42,677 nucleotides of DNA from Nemertoderma westbladi. Lineage: Eukaryota; Animalia; Xenacoelomorpha. Every line of letters begins with the position of its first letter. Positions within the stretch are counted from its first letter, which is position 1. The notes beneath the pieces were generated by a model. The model did not search any database. It was not told where the DNA came from and worked only from the letters and a program-made list of their open reading frames with translations. Positions 11,799 to 24,371 of this stretch are shown here, one piece after another. Position numbers and translations under genes: made by a program. The stretch lies in NCBI GenBank assembly GCA_032718475.1, contig JAUCBJ010007469.1:1-42677 (forward strand). The letters are read 5' to 3'.

Positions 11799-12128
11799 TG
11801 CTGCATTATAGCCTACAATACAATACCGTACTGCATTAGGCTGTTAGCAGTTAGGCCTAGATCACATCAGTACCGGTGCATCTTTTTGCAGGTTCATAAC
11901 TCCTGAACTCCAGAGCTCAGATTAATTAGTACAGTAGTAGCCTACAGTAGTAGGTACGCCTACTGGCCTTGGCCTACCAGCACCATCAGACAGTCAGACT
12001 GTCAGACCACATTCCTGCATTCTAGTAATCTTTAATCAATTAATCATTCATTGCGGCATTAAGCAAAAACGATTAGGCCTATATCTGTATATTATTATTC
12101 ACTAGGCACAAAGGCACTAGACCTGGCC

Positions 12129-12243
12129 GGGTGTTTGAAAAAGGTGGACAACAAAGCTGAAAAAGGTGGACATGCTGGGTGACGGTGATTGGTCTGTCCA
12201 TTGTCCATGTTTTCTGTGTCCAGTCCACCTTTTTCAAACACGC
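12129..12243. mobile_element. 115-bp MITE (possibly PIF/Harbinger-like)
   Basis: TIR gggtgtttgaaaaaggtggac / gtccacctttttcaaacacgc. Related copies lie at 19648-19863. Confidence 0.7.
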
Positions 12244-12739
12244 AGACCTGACCTGCTATACAGTGCAGCGACACTGACAGACTGATCTACTGTCTACTGC
12301 TTGACTGCCTAACGAGAGTCGTAATGTCTTACTCTAATATACAGCATAATAATTCTGGAATATTTTGTTTATTTAATGAGTAGCCACGCAATAGTAAAAT
12401 AACATAAACTATTAATACTCCTCAAACAAATAAATAAAAAATAATGTGCAAAAATTTTGTATTTCTACGAAATAGAATAAATGGCCTGCAGGTTGCAGTG
12501 GAAGCAAATGCAGTACCTGCAATTATTGAACGCCGATATCTCAGCCATTTCTCAACAAAACTATTACAGTCGCTGTTTGATCCGGGTATGCACAAGTATT
12601 TGTAAATTAGGAAATGATTCCTGATTTGCAGCCCACCAACGCATAATGTACTTACTAACTAATCTACTTCTAAATTCTTATTAAAGTCAAAGTCCTTATC
12701 ATGACCTTGCTGATAATGATACAGCACGTTATGGTAATG

Positions 12740-13525
12740 GTGAAAAATATCGAGACTTGAAATATATCGAGAGTAAAAATAACGAGAGTAAAAATATCGA
12801 GAGTAAAAATAACGAGTGTTGAAAGTTAACGTTATTAAAAAATATCGAGAGTAAAAATATCGAGTGTTGAAAAATATCGAGTGTTGAAAAATATCGAGAG
12901 TAAAAATATCGAGTGTTGAAAAATATCGAGTGTTGAAAAATATCGAGTGTTGAAAAATATCGAGAGTAAAAATATCGAGAGTAAAAATATCGAGTGTTGA
13001 AAAATATCGAGAGTAAAAATATTGCACTTTGCTTGGGCATTTTATTTAGAATTATGGGACAATATTGCAGTGCATGGGGTTACAACAGTGCAAGTGCAAA
13101 TAAATGGCATTAATACACCTTGGGTACCGTACCCATTTACCAGATTTATTATAATAGCTAGTTTTTGCTATTTTTTAAATAAATATTATAGAAGAAGTGC
13201 TAGCTATCATTTTTGTTCTAGAACACATTTTTTAGTTCTAGATCACCTTTTTAATTTTTTAAAGCTAGTATTTTCTACTTCTTTTTATAAATGTTGTAGT
13301 ACACGTGAAACCTATCAATGTTGATAAATATTTTTGTTCTAGAACACATTTTTTTGTACTAGAACATTTTTAGGAAAAAAATTATCATACAAAGCTTATT
13401 AAAAAAATTGTTACTATCGATATTTTTACACTGTATATTTTTCAACACTATATATTTTTGCTCTCGATATTTTTCAACACTCGATATTCATAAACACTCG
13501 ATATTTTTCAACACTCGATATTTTT
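12740..13525. mobile_element. Foldback-like element with inverted arrays of 15/17-bp repeats (AAAAATATCGAGAGT / GAAAAATATCGAGTGTT)
   Basis: Tandem array at 12740-13022 and its reverse complement at 13416-13525. The right arm abuts a LINE fragment. Confidence 0.75.
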
Positions 13526-14550
13526 CAGCATGGACTCCCGTAGAGGAGTACTGGAACTACTGCTGCTCTAAATAATCGGACCTTAAGTTTTCGATTAATT
13601 CTCGGTGACTTCCAAATCCTGGAAAGCCTATTTAAGGCTGCCCATGCCTTTCCCTTACGTATTCGAAGGTCCTCACCTGACTTCCGGATCCATGATCCCA
13701 GGTAACAGAAGTCGTCTACATGCTCAAGCATACCATCCTTTGAGCTTATGCTCATCCGATCAGAGACTTGCTGAGGACTTTCAAAGTTAACTGTCAGAAT
13801 TTTGGTCTTTCTGGAGTTAATAAAAAGACCAACACTTGAAGCAGCATGTTCTAATGAGCTGAGGAGCCGTTGGGCTCCCTCTAATGATTCTGAGAGTACA
13901 CCTAAGTCATCAGCAAAGTCTAGATCAGTTAGGTACTTGGCAGGATTTCCTCGACTTCTGGAGCCAGTAGGTGGAGTTATCATCACCCCATCATCATTAT
14001 AATGATCTAGGGACATGCGTAGAACATAGTCAACCACAATAATGAACAAGAATGGTGCAAGTGTGTCTCCTTGGAGGACGCCCCATAACACTTCAAATGG
14101 TTCTGTGTCACCGTCAACAGTAGACACAAATGTTGTCGAACCATCGTATACTGATCTGATAGCTGCAATAATTTCATCAGGAATCCCATATAATGAAAGT
14201 ATGCTGAACATACGTGAGCGAGAGACTGAATCAAAGGCTTTGAAGAAGTCAACAAAGATAACAGCCAGATGCCTGTCTTTCTTTTTTGATAACTCTTCAA
14301 TTATCCTTCTAAGTGCCAAAATGGGCTCCATGGTCCCACGACCTTTACGGAACCCATTCTGATTTCCACGGAGCAGTCTCTCAATGGGATCCCTGATGCG
14401 ATTTAATAGAATCCTATTGTATAGCTTTGCAGCAATCGAGATCAATGAGATTCCCCGAAAAGAACCATAGAGTGTTAGGTTGCCCTTCTTGGGAACTGGC
14501 ACCAACTTATTTGTTTTCATTTCTTGTGGGACTCTTGTTGTTCGGTACAT
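13525..14550 (-). mobile_element. RTE-clade non-LTR retrotransposon, reverse transcriptase fragment truncated at both ends
   Basis: 341-aa open frame containing 'PKKG..RGISL', 'NQNGFR', 'VDFFKAFDSV', 'GVLQGDTLAPFLF', 'LDFADD' and 'FCYLGS'. Confidence 0.92.
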
Positions 14551-15037
14551 GTCCTCCCTATTACACTAAAAAGTAACACAATTTTGAATCAAATCCCCAT
14601 ACAAAAATATACAAATATATACGAAAACAAATCTGAATTTGTAAACAATTTGTAACACAATTTGTAACAGATTTGAATTTCGTTGAAAAATATCTGAGAT
14701 ATGTGAGTTCGAAAGTTGCATTGTTTTGCATATGAGCGAAGCTATTTTATTATATATAAATCCAGTATTATGGATCACTAATTTATCTCACAAGTACCTG
14801 GGCAACAATGAACTCTACATTCTTAGATTATATTACGAATTAGGTTGATATTCATACATAATTTAAATGCTACAGAATACTGTATTATTGTGTAGGAAAA
14901 GTACTAGAATATTAAATGCTACGTTTTTTAAAAAAATGGGTTTAGGTTTTTTGCTTAGGATTTTAGAAAAACCCTTAGGTTTTATAAGTTTTTCCAAATA
15001 GATTTAATATTTCGCCTCAATGTTAAATTGTCAATTT

Positions 15038-15180
15038 TAGGAAAGGAGCAGATTACAGTGGCACGTTACTGACCCAATCAATAAACTAAAGTCAATAGAA
15101 TAGGATGCAGTTATATTTTTGGGATTAATAAGCTGTTATTTGCTTCGATTTTCCCCTGGAGTGGAATGAGTTTTAATTGC
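15038..15180 (+). repeat. Dispersed repeat; other copies at ~15795-15905 and ~19918-20075
   Basis: Shared 'ggaaaggagca..acagtggca...aaagtcaatagaa...cccctggag'. Its first part is the reverse complement of the core in the 4317 and 6840 elements. Confidence 0.6.
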
Positions 15181-18038
15181 GTTCTTAACACCCCCCCCCC
15201 CCCCCTCCCCCACCCTATCTGCACAAGCCACAATATCTAAAAAACATTTCCAGGCGTTTCCAGCTCTGCTATTCCACAAAGAAAATAAGTTTGTTACATA
15301 TTATTTGGAATTGCATGGACAGTTTTCCGTCGGCACCAACACTTTGCGGTGGTTCTACTTAACTATTGTACTATAATTAATAATATTAATAAATATATTA
15401 ATAATAATAATATTATCATGTTATCATATTGTTGTTGAAGTTGTAATAAAAATTAATTGTGGAAATTATTAACCTTCTATATATGATTATTTATATTTTG
15501 TCCTTTATTTTTCGCCGAGCATTTGAACTACGTCTTTGTAAGAAATCGGCTGCGCCCCCACGCAGGGGTGGCTGCGACGCCCCTGCAGAGTGGTAGTTTA
15601 TGTCCGAGGTACTGTATAAAAAAAATTGTTTGTTTCTGCGGCTCTTCTATGATATCGATGAATCCTGTCTTATTAGTCCTACACGTTGAAAAGATTTTGA
15701 AAAGTCAGTCATGTCATCATAAAAATTTTCATATAAAACGGACGAAAATGTCCGCCGGAAATTTACGATTAGGTTGAAGGAGAATATTAATGTTACGTTA
15801 CAGTGACACGATAATTATAACCAAAACAATAAACCAAAGTCAATAGAACATAGTTTTATTTTTCAGCTGTTATTTTCGTCGATTTCCCTCTGGAGAGGGT
15901 TGAATAAACTCAGTATACTTTTCGTTACGTGTTAGATATGAATAGGCCTATAATATAATATAGTTCAGTTTGTAATTAATCACAGGTACCGGTATCACGT
16001 ATTACTCACAGGTACCCAGCACCGGTACTGCACTCCTCAATCAGCTACCCAGTACTGCACTCCTGCAACCTCCCACCACCCTCCTGCCATCAGGCTACCG
16101 GTACACGTGATACTAAGTGCATAGCATAAGTATATGTTACCCCTCTGATTTCCATGCCCCCTACACTACAGCACTACATTAGAGTATCATGTAGGCTAAC
16201 GCTCGGCACATCAACAATTTAGCTGCAATGAAATTCGTCTGTCCCATTTATCCTATTTATTTATCCACTCTCATCCAATATTTAATCGTATTTCTATTTA
16301 TTATTTATTTAGGCCCCCTTATTTATTTACTTTCAGTTTCGTAACCTACCAGTAGTAGTTGTGACCATTGTTGCGGCGGTAGAGCCCATTATCCTTTTGT
16401 TGCGGCTTTGCCCACTATGCGTGGTGCGGCTTTAAGCCCATTTTCCCTATAATGTTGCCACCGAACCCTTTACCCATGACAGTAATTAACCTTTTTCCAG
16501 TACATATAATTATTTATTTTATTATTATTATAACGTCTTATACTGTAATTTGTTTTAAATTATTATTATCTTTAAGCATTTAATATCCACGTACATACTG
16601 TATTTAGTAATAATCCTCTCAGAACCCTCTCAATTAATTAGCGATTCACGTTGCGCCGACGGCCAAACTCAAACTTCTAAAATGCTAGAATGATATTTAT
16701 TTATAGTTATTTTTGTGCATTTTGGGCTATTCCGTTACCATTTTGATCACTCACCTTTTCCAGGCATTAGAATGACGGCAGACCTGAAATTTTCGGCACC
16801 CTCCCGGTGTCTGGGAAGTTTGTACATGGGCAGTTTCACATAGATAAAATGAATTCAATTGCCAATTATTCTGCCCTTACCACGCATACAACCATTTTAT
16901 TGTGCAGTTCTTGGTTTGGTTATTCATTAAATCCCGCATATCATTTATCATCTCATCAGAAGGGCCGCCTTAATTGGATTGGATTACCTTCAAACAAACT
17001 CATGTATTTTTACATTCATTCATTCTTTGTGGGGTTTTTTGAATGACCGATCCAATCGCTGTACTTAGAATGCAACTCAGCGTAGTATGAGCATTCACTA
17101 TATCCAATATAGATGCATTGCCCTGATTTAGCAGTTGACACAGTGAGGCTATCCCCATGTATAGGCTCCCCAGCCATCCTATTGGCTATACCCGTAATTA
17201 TTAATTCAGCAATATCATTCAGATGCCAGTGTTTGAACTTTGACCGTTAATTATCGAGTAATATATCGGGAACCCCCTTAATGCACAAATTACTATAAAA
17301 AAGCTCAGAATCTTTATTAAGGGATCCTTTTCACTGATAATTTTGGTCGGTTGTTAGGCAGCGTGTTTCACCGCTCAATCGAGTCCCCCCTTGCCCCTTA
17401 TTCAGACCTTAATTTATTGTTTTACTTTTACCATTACCGGTTCACCTATTTTTCATTTTCAATACTTTACCAAAACAGACGAATTTTTCCCAACCTTTTG
17501 ATAATACCCCTATTTAACAGTTTATTAACGCAGTTTTCAAACAATTCTATTTAATTACCGGTAAATTGTAAATTATATAATAATATTTTATCGAATTATT
17601 GAAAATAATGAACTATCGCCCTACAATAATTGATAATAAATAAAACTGAACTTAATCACACCCAAGTCATTTTCAACCCTAGTATGCTCGATTGTGCGCG
17701 TAATACAAAACACCGCCATACTGCAATATTTCAACCCGCCGCACCAAAATTTTAACGCGGTCAGCCGCACAGTAGCCTGGCCGCTACAACATATCACCCC
17801 AGTTCTGCAGTTACGTTATTCTGTTATTGGTTATTCTACAATCCTGTTGTACAATAATTGTAGTGTTATTTATCACAGTCAGACAGTATCAGCTGCCTGA
17901 AGTACTGCAGTAAATCCTGTAATCAGTCATCATCAGGTACCGGTAATACAGTAATCACTATCCTGTACTGTACCCTATCACTGTACTGATAGCCTAATAC
18001 TGTAGCAATCAAAACAGCAATACTGCTGTACTGCAATA

Positions 18039-18491
18039 ATGGCATTGTATATGTATTGCTCGATATCACACGAAGTACCAGATAACCCAGTTGTTTCTCC
18101 CACCTCGAACTTCGTGTTCGAACGTCGACTCATCGAGAAATTCATTGCGGAGAACGGATGCGACCCTATAAACGGCGAGCCTCTAACCATTCACATGTTG
18201 GTTGATTTAAAAATTAACCCGTCGATTAGGCCTAACCCGAAACCTCCTTCCGCTACCACCATCCCGGCTATGCTGAAATCTGTACAGGACGAATGGGACG
18301 CGGTTATGCTGCAAACGTTTACCTTGCGGCAGCAGCTGACAACAGCTCGCCAGGAGTTGAGCCACAGTAACAACAGACACGACGCAGCCTGTCGTGTGAT
18401 CGCTCGTCACTCGGAGGAAGCGGCGGCCGCTAGTCTCGCTTTGGGGCCGATAGAAGGAAATTCGCGTCGGAATCATAATCAATCCCGATAA
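18039..18491 (+). pseudogene. PRPF19: Truncated PRP19 (PRPF19) copy: U-box + Prp19 coiled coil, no WD40 domain; pseudogene or short paralog
   Basis: '[36 protein letters not shown]' and '[32 protein letters not shown]...RQELSH....[10 protein letters not shown]'. It stops at aa 150 and I saw no WD40 exons downstream. Confidence 0.8.
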
Positions 18492-19647
18492 ACTATGTGC
18501 TCTCCAGTCATTGTAACTTTTTTTTCCTGTTTTGTTTAAAGGATTTATAAACAAACAACAGAACAAGATAAGTTGTAAACTAGCGGAACTAGCCTAAATG
18601 GAAAATATGAATTACTGAAACATTTTTTTAAACCTCTTTGTTAAATATTGTTATTGTTGCATACCTCCACATCTGCCTGCACTAATAATTCACAAAAAAA
18701 TATGTTTCCTAAAGTTAAACTTAAAAAAGAACCCAGCCATATACAGATTATAGCGGTACAGAGCTATACAGTATACACGCTCGCTATATCTGCCTGACAC
18801 TTGACTGAGCATATGGCAGCATGGCAGTCAATTCAGGTTATTTTTTAAGACCTTGGCAAGTTCTGCATAAGTATACTAATACTACTTGTCATTCTTATAA
18901 AGCTTATGTAATAGTGTCACACTTGTTAAGTTAAATAAATTTGTATTTGTAAAGTTTAACAAATTTGTCATTCTTACAATGTTTCCCAAGTTATTATTAA
19001 GATTTTAGTACAATCTCAGAAGTTTTACTAGTTGATAAGTTAACGGAAAGTTTAGACCAATTCATACAATTTCATAGCAATTTTACTAAGAACTCTGATC
19101 CGTGTTTACATATTTAGAATCGTTGTATCGACATCTTTCCATTACTACGAACCAATCAGCAATCGCTATAAGGACTAAGAATAACTGCGGTTAGACTGGT
19201 GCAATATCTACAAAATATTCTAAAAACAATTCATTTTAATACAGTAATTATTATAACAATAAGCATGATTTTAACAATAAAACTATATAGGGGGCCTATT
19301 GTACAATAAATAAAATACTTTATTCGCCTTTCACGCCTCGATCTGACTTATTAACCTCCCTCGATGCCTCAATTTTAACAACACAGATCTCGGGATGAAC
19401 GGTAAATAACTGAATACGGCATATTACGGTATATTTACCGCACAGTACAGTACAATAGATAGTTAGCCTATTATAATTAACGTTAATACTGTAATGCGTT
19501 AGAATGTTAACGTTCAAATATTGATGCGAAGGCTCAGCTCACAGACTTCGTGGCTCGCCCCATATTATTGAACTACTTGGACAACTTCGGTTGGTTACAG
19601 TAAGTATGGGATAATAATAACAATAATCCATAAAAGCCTGCTGAAAG

Positions 19648-19863
19648 TTTTTGAAAAACGTGGACAGAGGTGCTAGACTGTAATGTCTCAATCAATCTGA
19701 TTGGTCAATTCATTGCCTGTTCTTTCTCAACCCAGTCCACCTTTTTCAAATTTGAAAGAGGTAGACAACAAAACTGAAAAAGGTGGACATGCTGTGTAGC
19801 GCAACTCGCCCATGATTGGTCTGTCCATGTTTTCAGTGTCCAGTCCACCCTTTTCAAACACCC
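19648..19863. mobile_element. Two adjacent MITEs of the TTTGAAAAAGGTGGAC family
   Basis: Same TIR and internal 'gattggtc' as 12129-12243, joined at ttttcaaa|tttgaaa near 19750. Confidence 0.65.
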
Positions 19864-20351
19864 ACTGCAAATTTCCATCTAGCCGAATGAATATCTCGTC
19901 TCAATGTATAATTATCAAATGAGGGAAAGGAGCATGTCACAGTGGCATGTTTATTCTAACCCAAACAATAACAGAATAATCTAAAGTCAATAGAACAGGT
20001 TATAGTATATTTTTGAGAGTAATCAGCTGTGATTTGTATAGATTGTCCCCTGGAGAGGGATGGATTTTTATTGCATCGAAAGTCCCCCCAGGACCGTTAT
20101 CTTATTGCTATAACAACAAATACACTTATTTTTGGGATCGAAATAAATCATTTTTTGGATGATGTCGTTACCTACAGTAGTTAGTATTGGAAACCTCACC
20201 CACGACCTACATTATCTTTACAATCCACTATCCCCAACATCGTTATCAATACTTCGTGAGATTGATTAAACAGTGTGGTGATTGGGAAAGGATATCTGTG
20301 TGTGAGAATGATTACACAGATGTATATATATAGCACCGGTATATGTATACA

Positions 20352-20539
20352 CCGAAGTTAGGACAATTGCGACCCAACCATAAATAAAAAAGGCATTCCA
20401 TATAACACTGCGAGTAATTTAAATGTAGCTACAGTAGCTAAATGGGTACAATTTCGACCCATCAAATATATATTAATTCATGGGTCTCAATTATTATTGT
20501 CCGGGTTGCAATTGTCCGGATCACAAATGTCCGGATACC
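20352..20539. mobile_element. Small repeat remnant with GGACAATTG / CAATTGTCCGG inverted motifs
   Basis: 'ggacaattgcgaccc' versus 'gggttgcaattgtcc', ending 'tgtccggatacc'. Confidence 0.45.
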
Positions 20540-20689
20540 ATACAGTATACACCATGTCCAGGAATAGTGTCGTTATTCAGGTACCTGGACCCCCCCCCCC
20601 CCAATTTTTTTTTATATAAATCTTAATGAGATCATATACCAGAATATATCAAATAATATCGAATATACCAGAATATAATAACAGTCCAC

Positions 20690-21800
20690 AAGGAATCAGC
20701 TAAGAGGCATATCCCCCAGAAACCCAAACGAAAACAGTATGTACCATGGCAAAACTCTGAGGTTACTTGTAAGAGAGAAGATCTTAAGATAGCCTACAAA
20801 GTAAAAACCGAATAACCAACAACCGAAAACATTAACAAGGTTGAGAAAGCTAAGGACGATCTTAAATTGGCCTACAACATCAGCCAGCAAAAGTACATTA
20901 ATGATAAGATTTAAGCAATTACAGTACAACTGCTCACATACAGCAACAATCAAGACTTACCTGGCAAACTGTAAATGAGGTATCTGGTCGGAAAAGTTGT
21001 GCAAAGGGGCGCCTCAAAGCCGATAGTCCTGAAGAACGTGTTGGGAAGTGGAAAAATCACTTCAGCAACTTGCTTGGGCAGCCACCAAACATCGAGGTCA
21101 GCCCTACAAGGAAAATATATGACAAGACACTACCTATAGAAACAGGGGACTTCACACCTACCGAACTTCAAAGAGCATTAAAAGCATGTCCAATAATAAA
21201 GCGAGTGGATTAGATGAAATCCTAGCGTAGGTATGGAAAACGGGAGTGCTAAACAGACCATTATTGAATGTTTGCAACCGGATGTTAAAAGGGGAAAAGC
21301 CTCCACCAATTTGGACTAAAGGTCAACAAAAGCCTCTGCCCAAGAAAGGGACCTCGTTATACCTTGTGGTAACTGCCAAAATATACAATAAAATGATTCT
21401 ATATAGGATTAGGCCTCACATAGAGAAACTACTGCGTAAGAGCCAAAGCGGATTTCGACCAAATACTGTAGATCAACAATAGCTCAGATACTTGCACTAT
21501 ATACGGAGACTGATTGAAGGAATTAAGTCAAAGAATCTCCCCGCAGTCATGACCTTTGTCGACTTCAAGAAGGCATTCGACTCCATAAAGTGCTTGAAAT
21601 CCTAAGAGCTTATGGAATACCAGAAGTAAGTGTTGCTGGCATTGGATTGTTATATTGTGACACAGAAGCGCAGGTACTCTCACCAGATGGTGAAACTGAG
21701 TTTTTCTCAATCCAGGCTGGCGTACTGCAAGGTGACACATTAGCACCATTACTATTTCTAATTGTACTGGAGTACGCAATGAGGACGGCCACAAAGGGGG
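20690..21800 (+). mobile_element. Degenerate RTE-clade LINE fragment
   Basis: Broken frames with 'IPQKPKRKQYVPW', 'LPKKG', 'RKSQSGFRP', 'VDFKKAFDSI' and 'GVLQGDTLAPLLFLIVLEY', interrupted by stops and frameshifts. Confidence 0.85.
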
Positions 21801-22213
21801 AAGATCACTATATAGCAAAGGTTTTATCAGAGACTTACACCCCACAAACTACAAAAAAATATAGAATCAGGGCATTTAGCCCAAAATTAGTACAAATCTA
21901 CTAGGGCCATCAAAATCAAACAAACATAAAATATAAAATAATTACAGTCATAATTATTACCGTAACCAATAACAAACTCTTCGAAAGGCATAAATATAGA
22001 ACTTAAACGGCTTTCTAAATAAAAAAACTCCCCCTTTCATTATTTATGCGCATGGAATTCCATTATAAATTGCATTCATACTTTTCAGCTAGGCGTTTTC
22101 ATTCACCCAGGTTGCACTGAATGCCTAAGGTTCCCGGTAGGAATACCACCCGGTCGCACTTTTGGTCCCTTTCTATTCTACATGACCGACTCACCCGCAG
22201 CTAACTGTACCTA

Positions 22214-22469
22214 CTACTACTATGATCGGCATGCTGCATTGCAGCTGCATTTTTAAGAATGCTGTGCCGGCTTGTCGACAAAATTTCGCCGCCACAACTC
22301 CCTATCACACATGACATTTGCTAGATCATCCGCATCTTCAAGGCCAGTGTCCTTTAAGATGCGTATCAATAAAGTCATGGGCTGTCCACCATGCTTATTC
22401 ACTCCATGAGGCTGCCAAAGTACAAGATTATGCACTGGCTGGTCCTCACGGGGAAAGCAATGTCCTGCT
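22214..22469 (-). mobile_element. 5'-truncated RTE LINE insertion with (TAG)n tail and 13-bp TSD
   Basis: C-terminal peptide 'LVLWQPHG...DTGLEDADDLANVMCDRELWR'. TSD CTAACTGTACCTA at 22201-22213 and 22470-22482. Confidence 0.85.
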
Positions 22470-23361
22470 CTAACTGTACCTAATCAACCCCAGACATTAT
22501 TTTTCATATGTTTCCTTGGAAAATGCTCTAAAAAGACTTTAAATTACGGGAATGTCAGTTAAACACTCTTAGACTGTGATGATTTTATACAGTCTATGTC
22601 AATCTAAGTAAGAACAATATCACAAATGAGTGTATTTGATATAATAGGAGAAAAAATACTAAATAAATAAAGATAGGTACATATTAAACTGATTGAGATT
22701 AATCAGATTTATAAATTTGAGGGTCCAATTTGTTCATTAAACAAACAACAATTAAATATGGCTAATATCTGAATGTTTAAAAATGGACGACTGGGGACCT
22801 GAATGGTAAAAGGTGTTTGTATATAAAACTCTGTAAAGTAATATTTTTATTTTAAATTAATGTATTTTAAAATTTTTAGTTTTAGAAATATTTCTAAACA
22901 AGTTTAAAAAATTTAGAACTCACTATTAGGCCTATAACTTATAAATCCCAGGTGGAGGTTATCAGGAACAACCTGTAAATGACTTAATGAGTTATTATGT
23001 TAATTACTATGATATTAAAATTGTTCATACCGGTACATCAGAAAAACTTATTATTTTAATTCGAATTTAAACAACATAACCTCCGGATTGGCTCCGGGTT
23101 AATTTGTCGCATCCCTAGTAAAAACTGACATTAGTAATAATTTAGAGGGATTTAGTTAATGATTTAATTATCAGATTTTTTTCAGGGGAATGTCGTCTTA
23201 TGAAAAATGAATTTTAACCCAACAGTTGAGTACTTTTATTATTTAGATCAAATTATTCATTTCTAGATACACGATAAGCATAACGGCATAAAATATGAAT
23301 TTAGTGTCCATTTATATACAGAGACACAGCACCAATAGATTAATAAATTATTTTATACTAA

Positions 23362-23805
23362 TTAAATTAAAAGGTCATTAATATCATTTAGAAGATAATC
23401 TGGATAAATATTCAACCTCTCAATATCTTCTTCGGTGGAACAGCCACTTGTCACCAGAACTGTGGTTATACCGCAGTTCTTCCCGAATAGGATATCCGTC
23501 TCCAGATTATCCCCAACTATGAGGGTTTCGCTCGGGTCTATACCGTGCTCAGCCACCATCTCGTCGAACATAATCCTCTCGGGTTTACCGACAAGCTCGG
23601 CCACCCGCCCGCTGGCTTCCTCCACCGCCCGGACAATAACGCCGGTCCCGGGGATTGTTAGACAGCGGTCGCCCTGGTCAATGACGAGGCGTTGGTCGCG
23701 GTTGGTTGCGATGAGACGGCAGTCGGGGTTGGCGAGGTAGGTGGCGGCTTTAATCAGCCGTCGGTAGGAAAGGTTATGGTCCAAACCAACCAACACAAAA
23801 TCAAT
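23362..23805 (-). CDS. HAD-IIA phosphatase (phosphoglycolate/pyridoxal phosphate phosphatase-like), coding exon 3
   Basis: ttcag acceptor. 'LIATNRD', 'PGTG', 'VGKP', 'IVGDNLETDILFG' and 'LVTSG' cover HAD motifs III/IV. The spliced product is 296 aa. Confidence 0.9.
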   Translation of the reverse strand: MDFVLVGLDHNLSYRRLIKAATYLANPDCRLIATNRDQRLVIDQGDRCLTIPGTGVIVRAVEEASGRVAELVGKPERIMFDEMVAEHGIDPSETLIVGDNLETDILFGKNCGITTVLVTSGCSTEEDIERLNIYPDYLLNDINDLLI

Positions 23806-23991
23806 CTGAAAGTACGAAATAAAAGAAGTTTGAAGACTTTTTTAAGACTTTTGCATATTTGTTTGTGGCTCTCGAATCCATAACTATTTGGTTAAAAATG
23901 AACTCGAAAGAATGTGTACCGGTAAATGGCTGATAGGCCTAATGGAAACACATTTGGAACGATTTGATTCATAAATATTTTCTTTGCCCAC

Positions 23992-24371
23992 CTTATCGTC
24001 TAAGTCAGTAGTATTAGCGGCTATGTTCCTAGGACTGGTATCGTAATCACTTAACGACGCCTCGGGTTTCACGCCAGTCCATTTCCTACCTAACAACTCC
24101 AAGGCGTGTCCCATAGCCATTGTCCCGACCACAAAGACCTTGGAGTCAGGCTTCCAGGCCTTAGTGATTAGTAGAGCGGCAGAATGGGCCGAGCAGAAAA
24201 CATCTGTTTCATCGACCGGTTTGAACCCTAAAACTGCTATTTTGTGGAAGTAATCGAATCGTGCGTTGGAGCTGTTGTTCGTCACAAACAATACTCGTTT
24301 ACCCATCGCTCTAATTCGGTTTATCGTCTCCACCGCGCCATTATGAACTTTTTGGCCGTGCCATAGAACAC
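23992..24371 (-). CDS. HAD-IIA phosphatase, coding exon 2
   Basis: tacag acceptor, aag|gtgggc donor. '(G)VLWHG...GKRVLFVTNNSS' is motif II. 380 nt, phase consistent with the neighbouring exons. Confidence 0.88.

Noticed and set aside
12659-13040. Repetitive ORFs (YFYSRYF, LDIF)
   Set aside because: Translations of the 15/17-bp tandem array.
17043-17250. Short minus-strand open frame and coding-like DNA (also 24700-25170)
   Set aside because: No recognisable motif or splice structure; probably old transposon debris.
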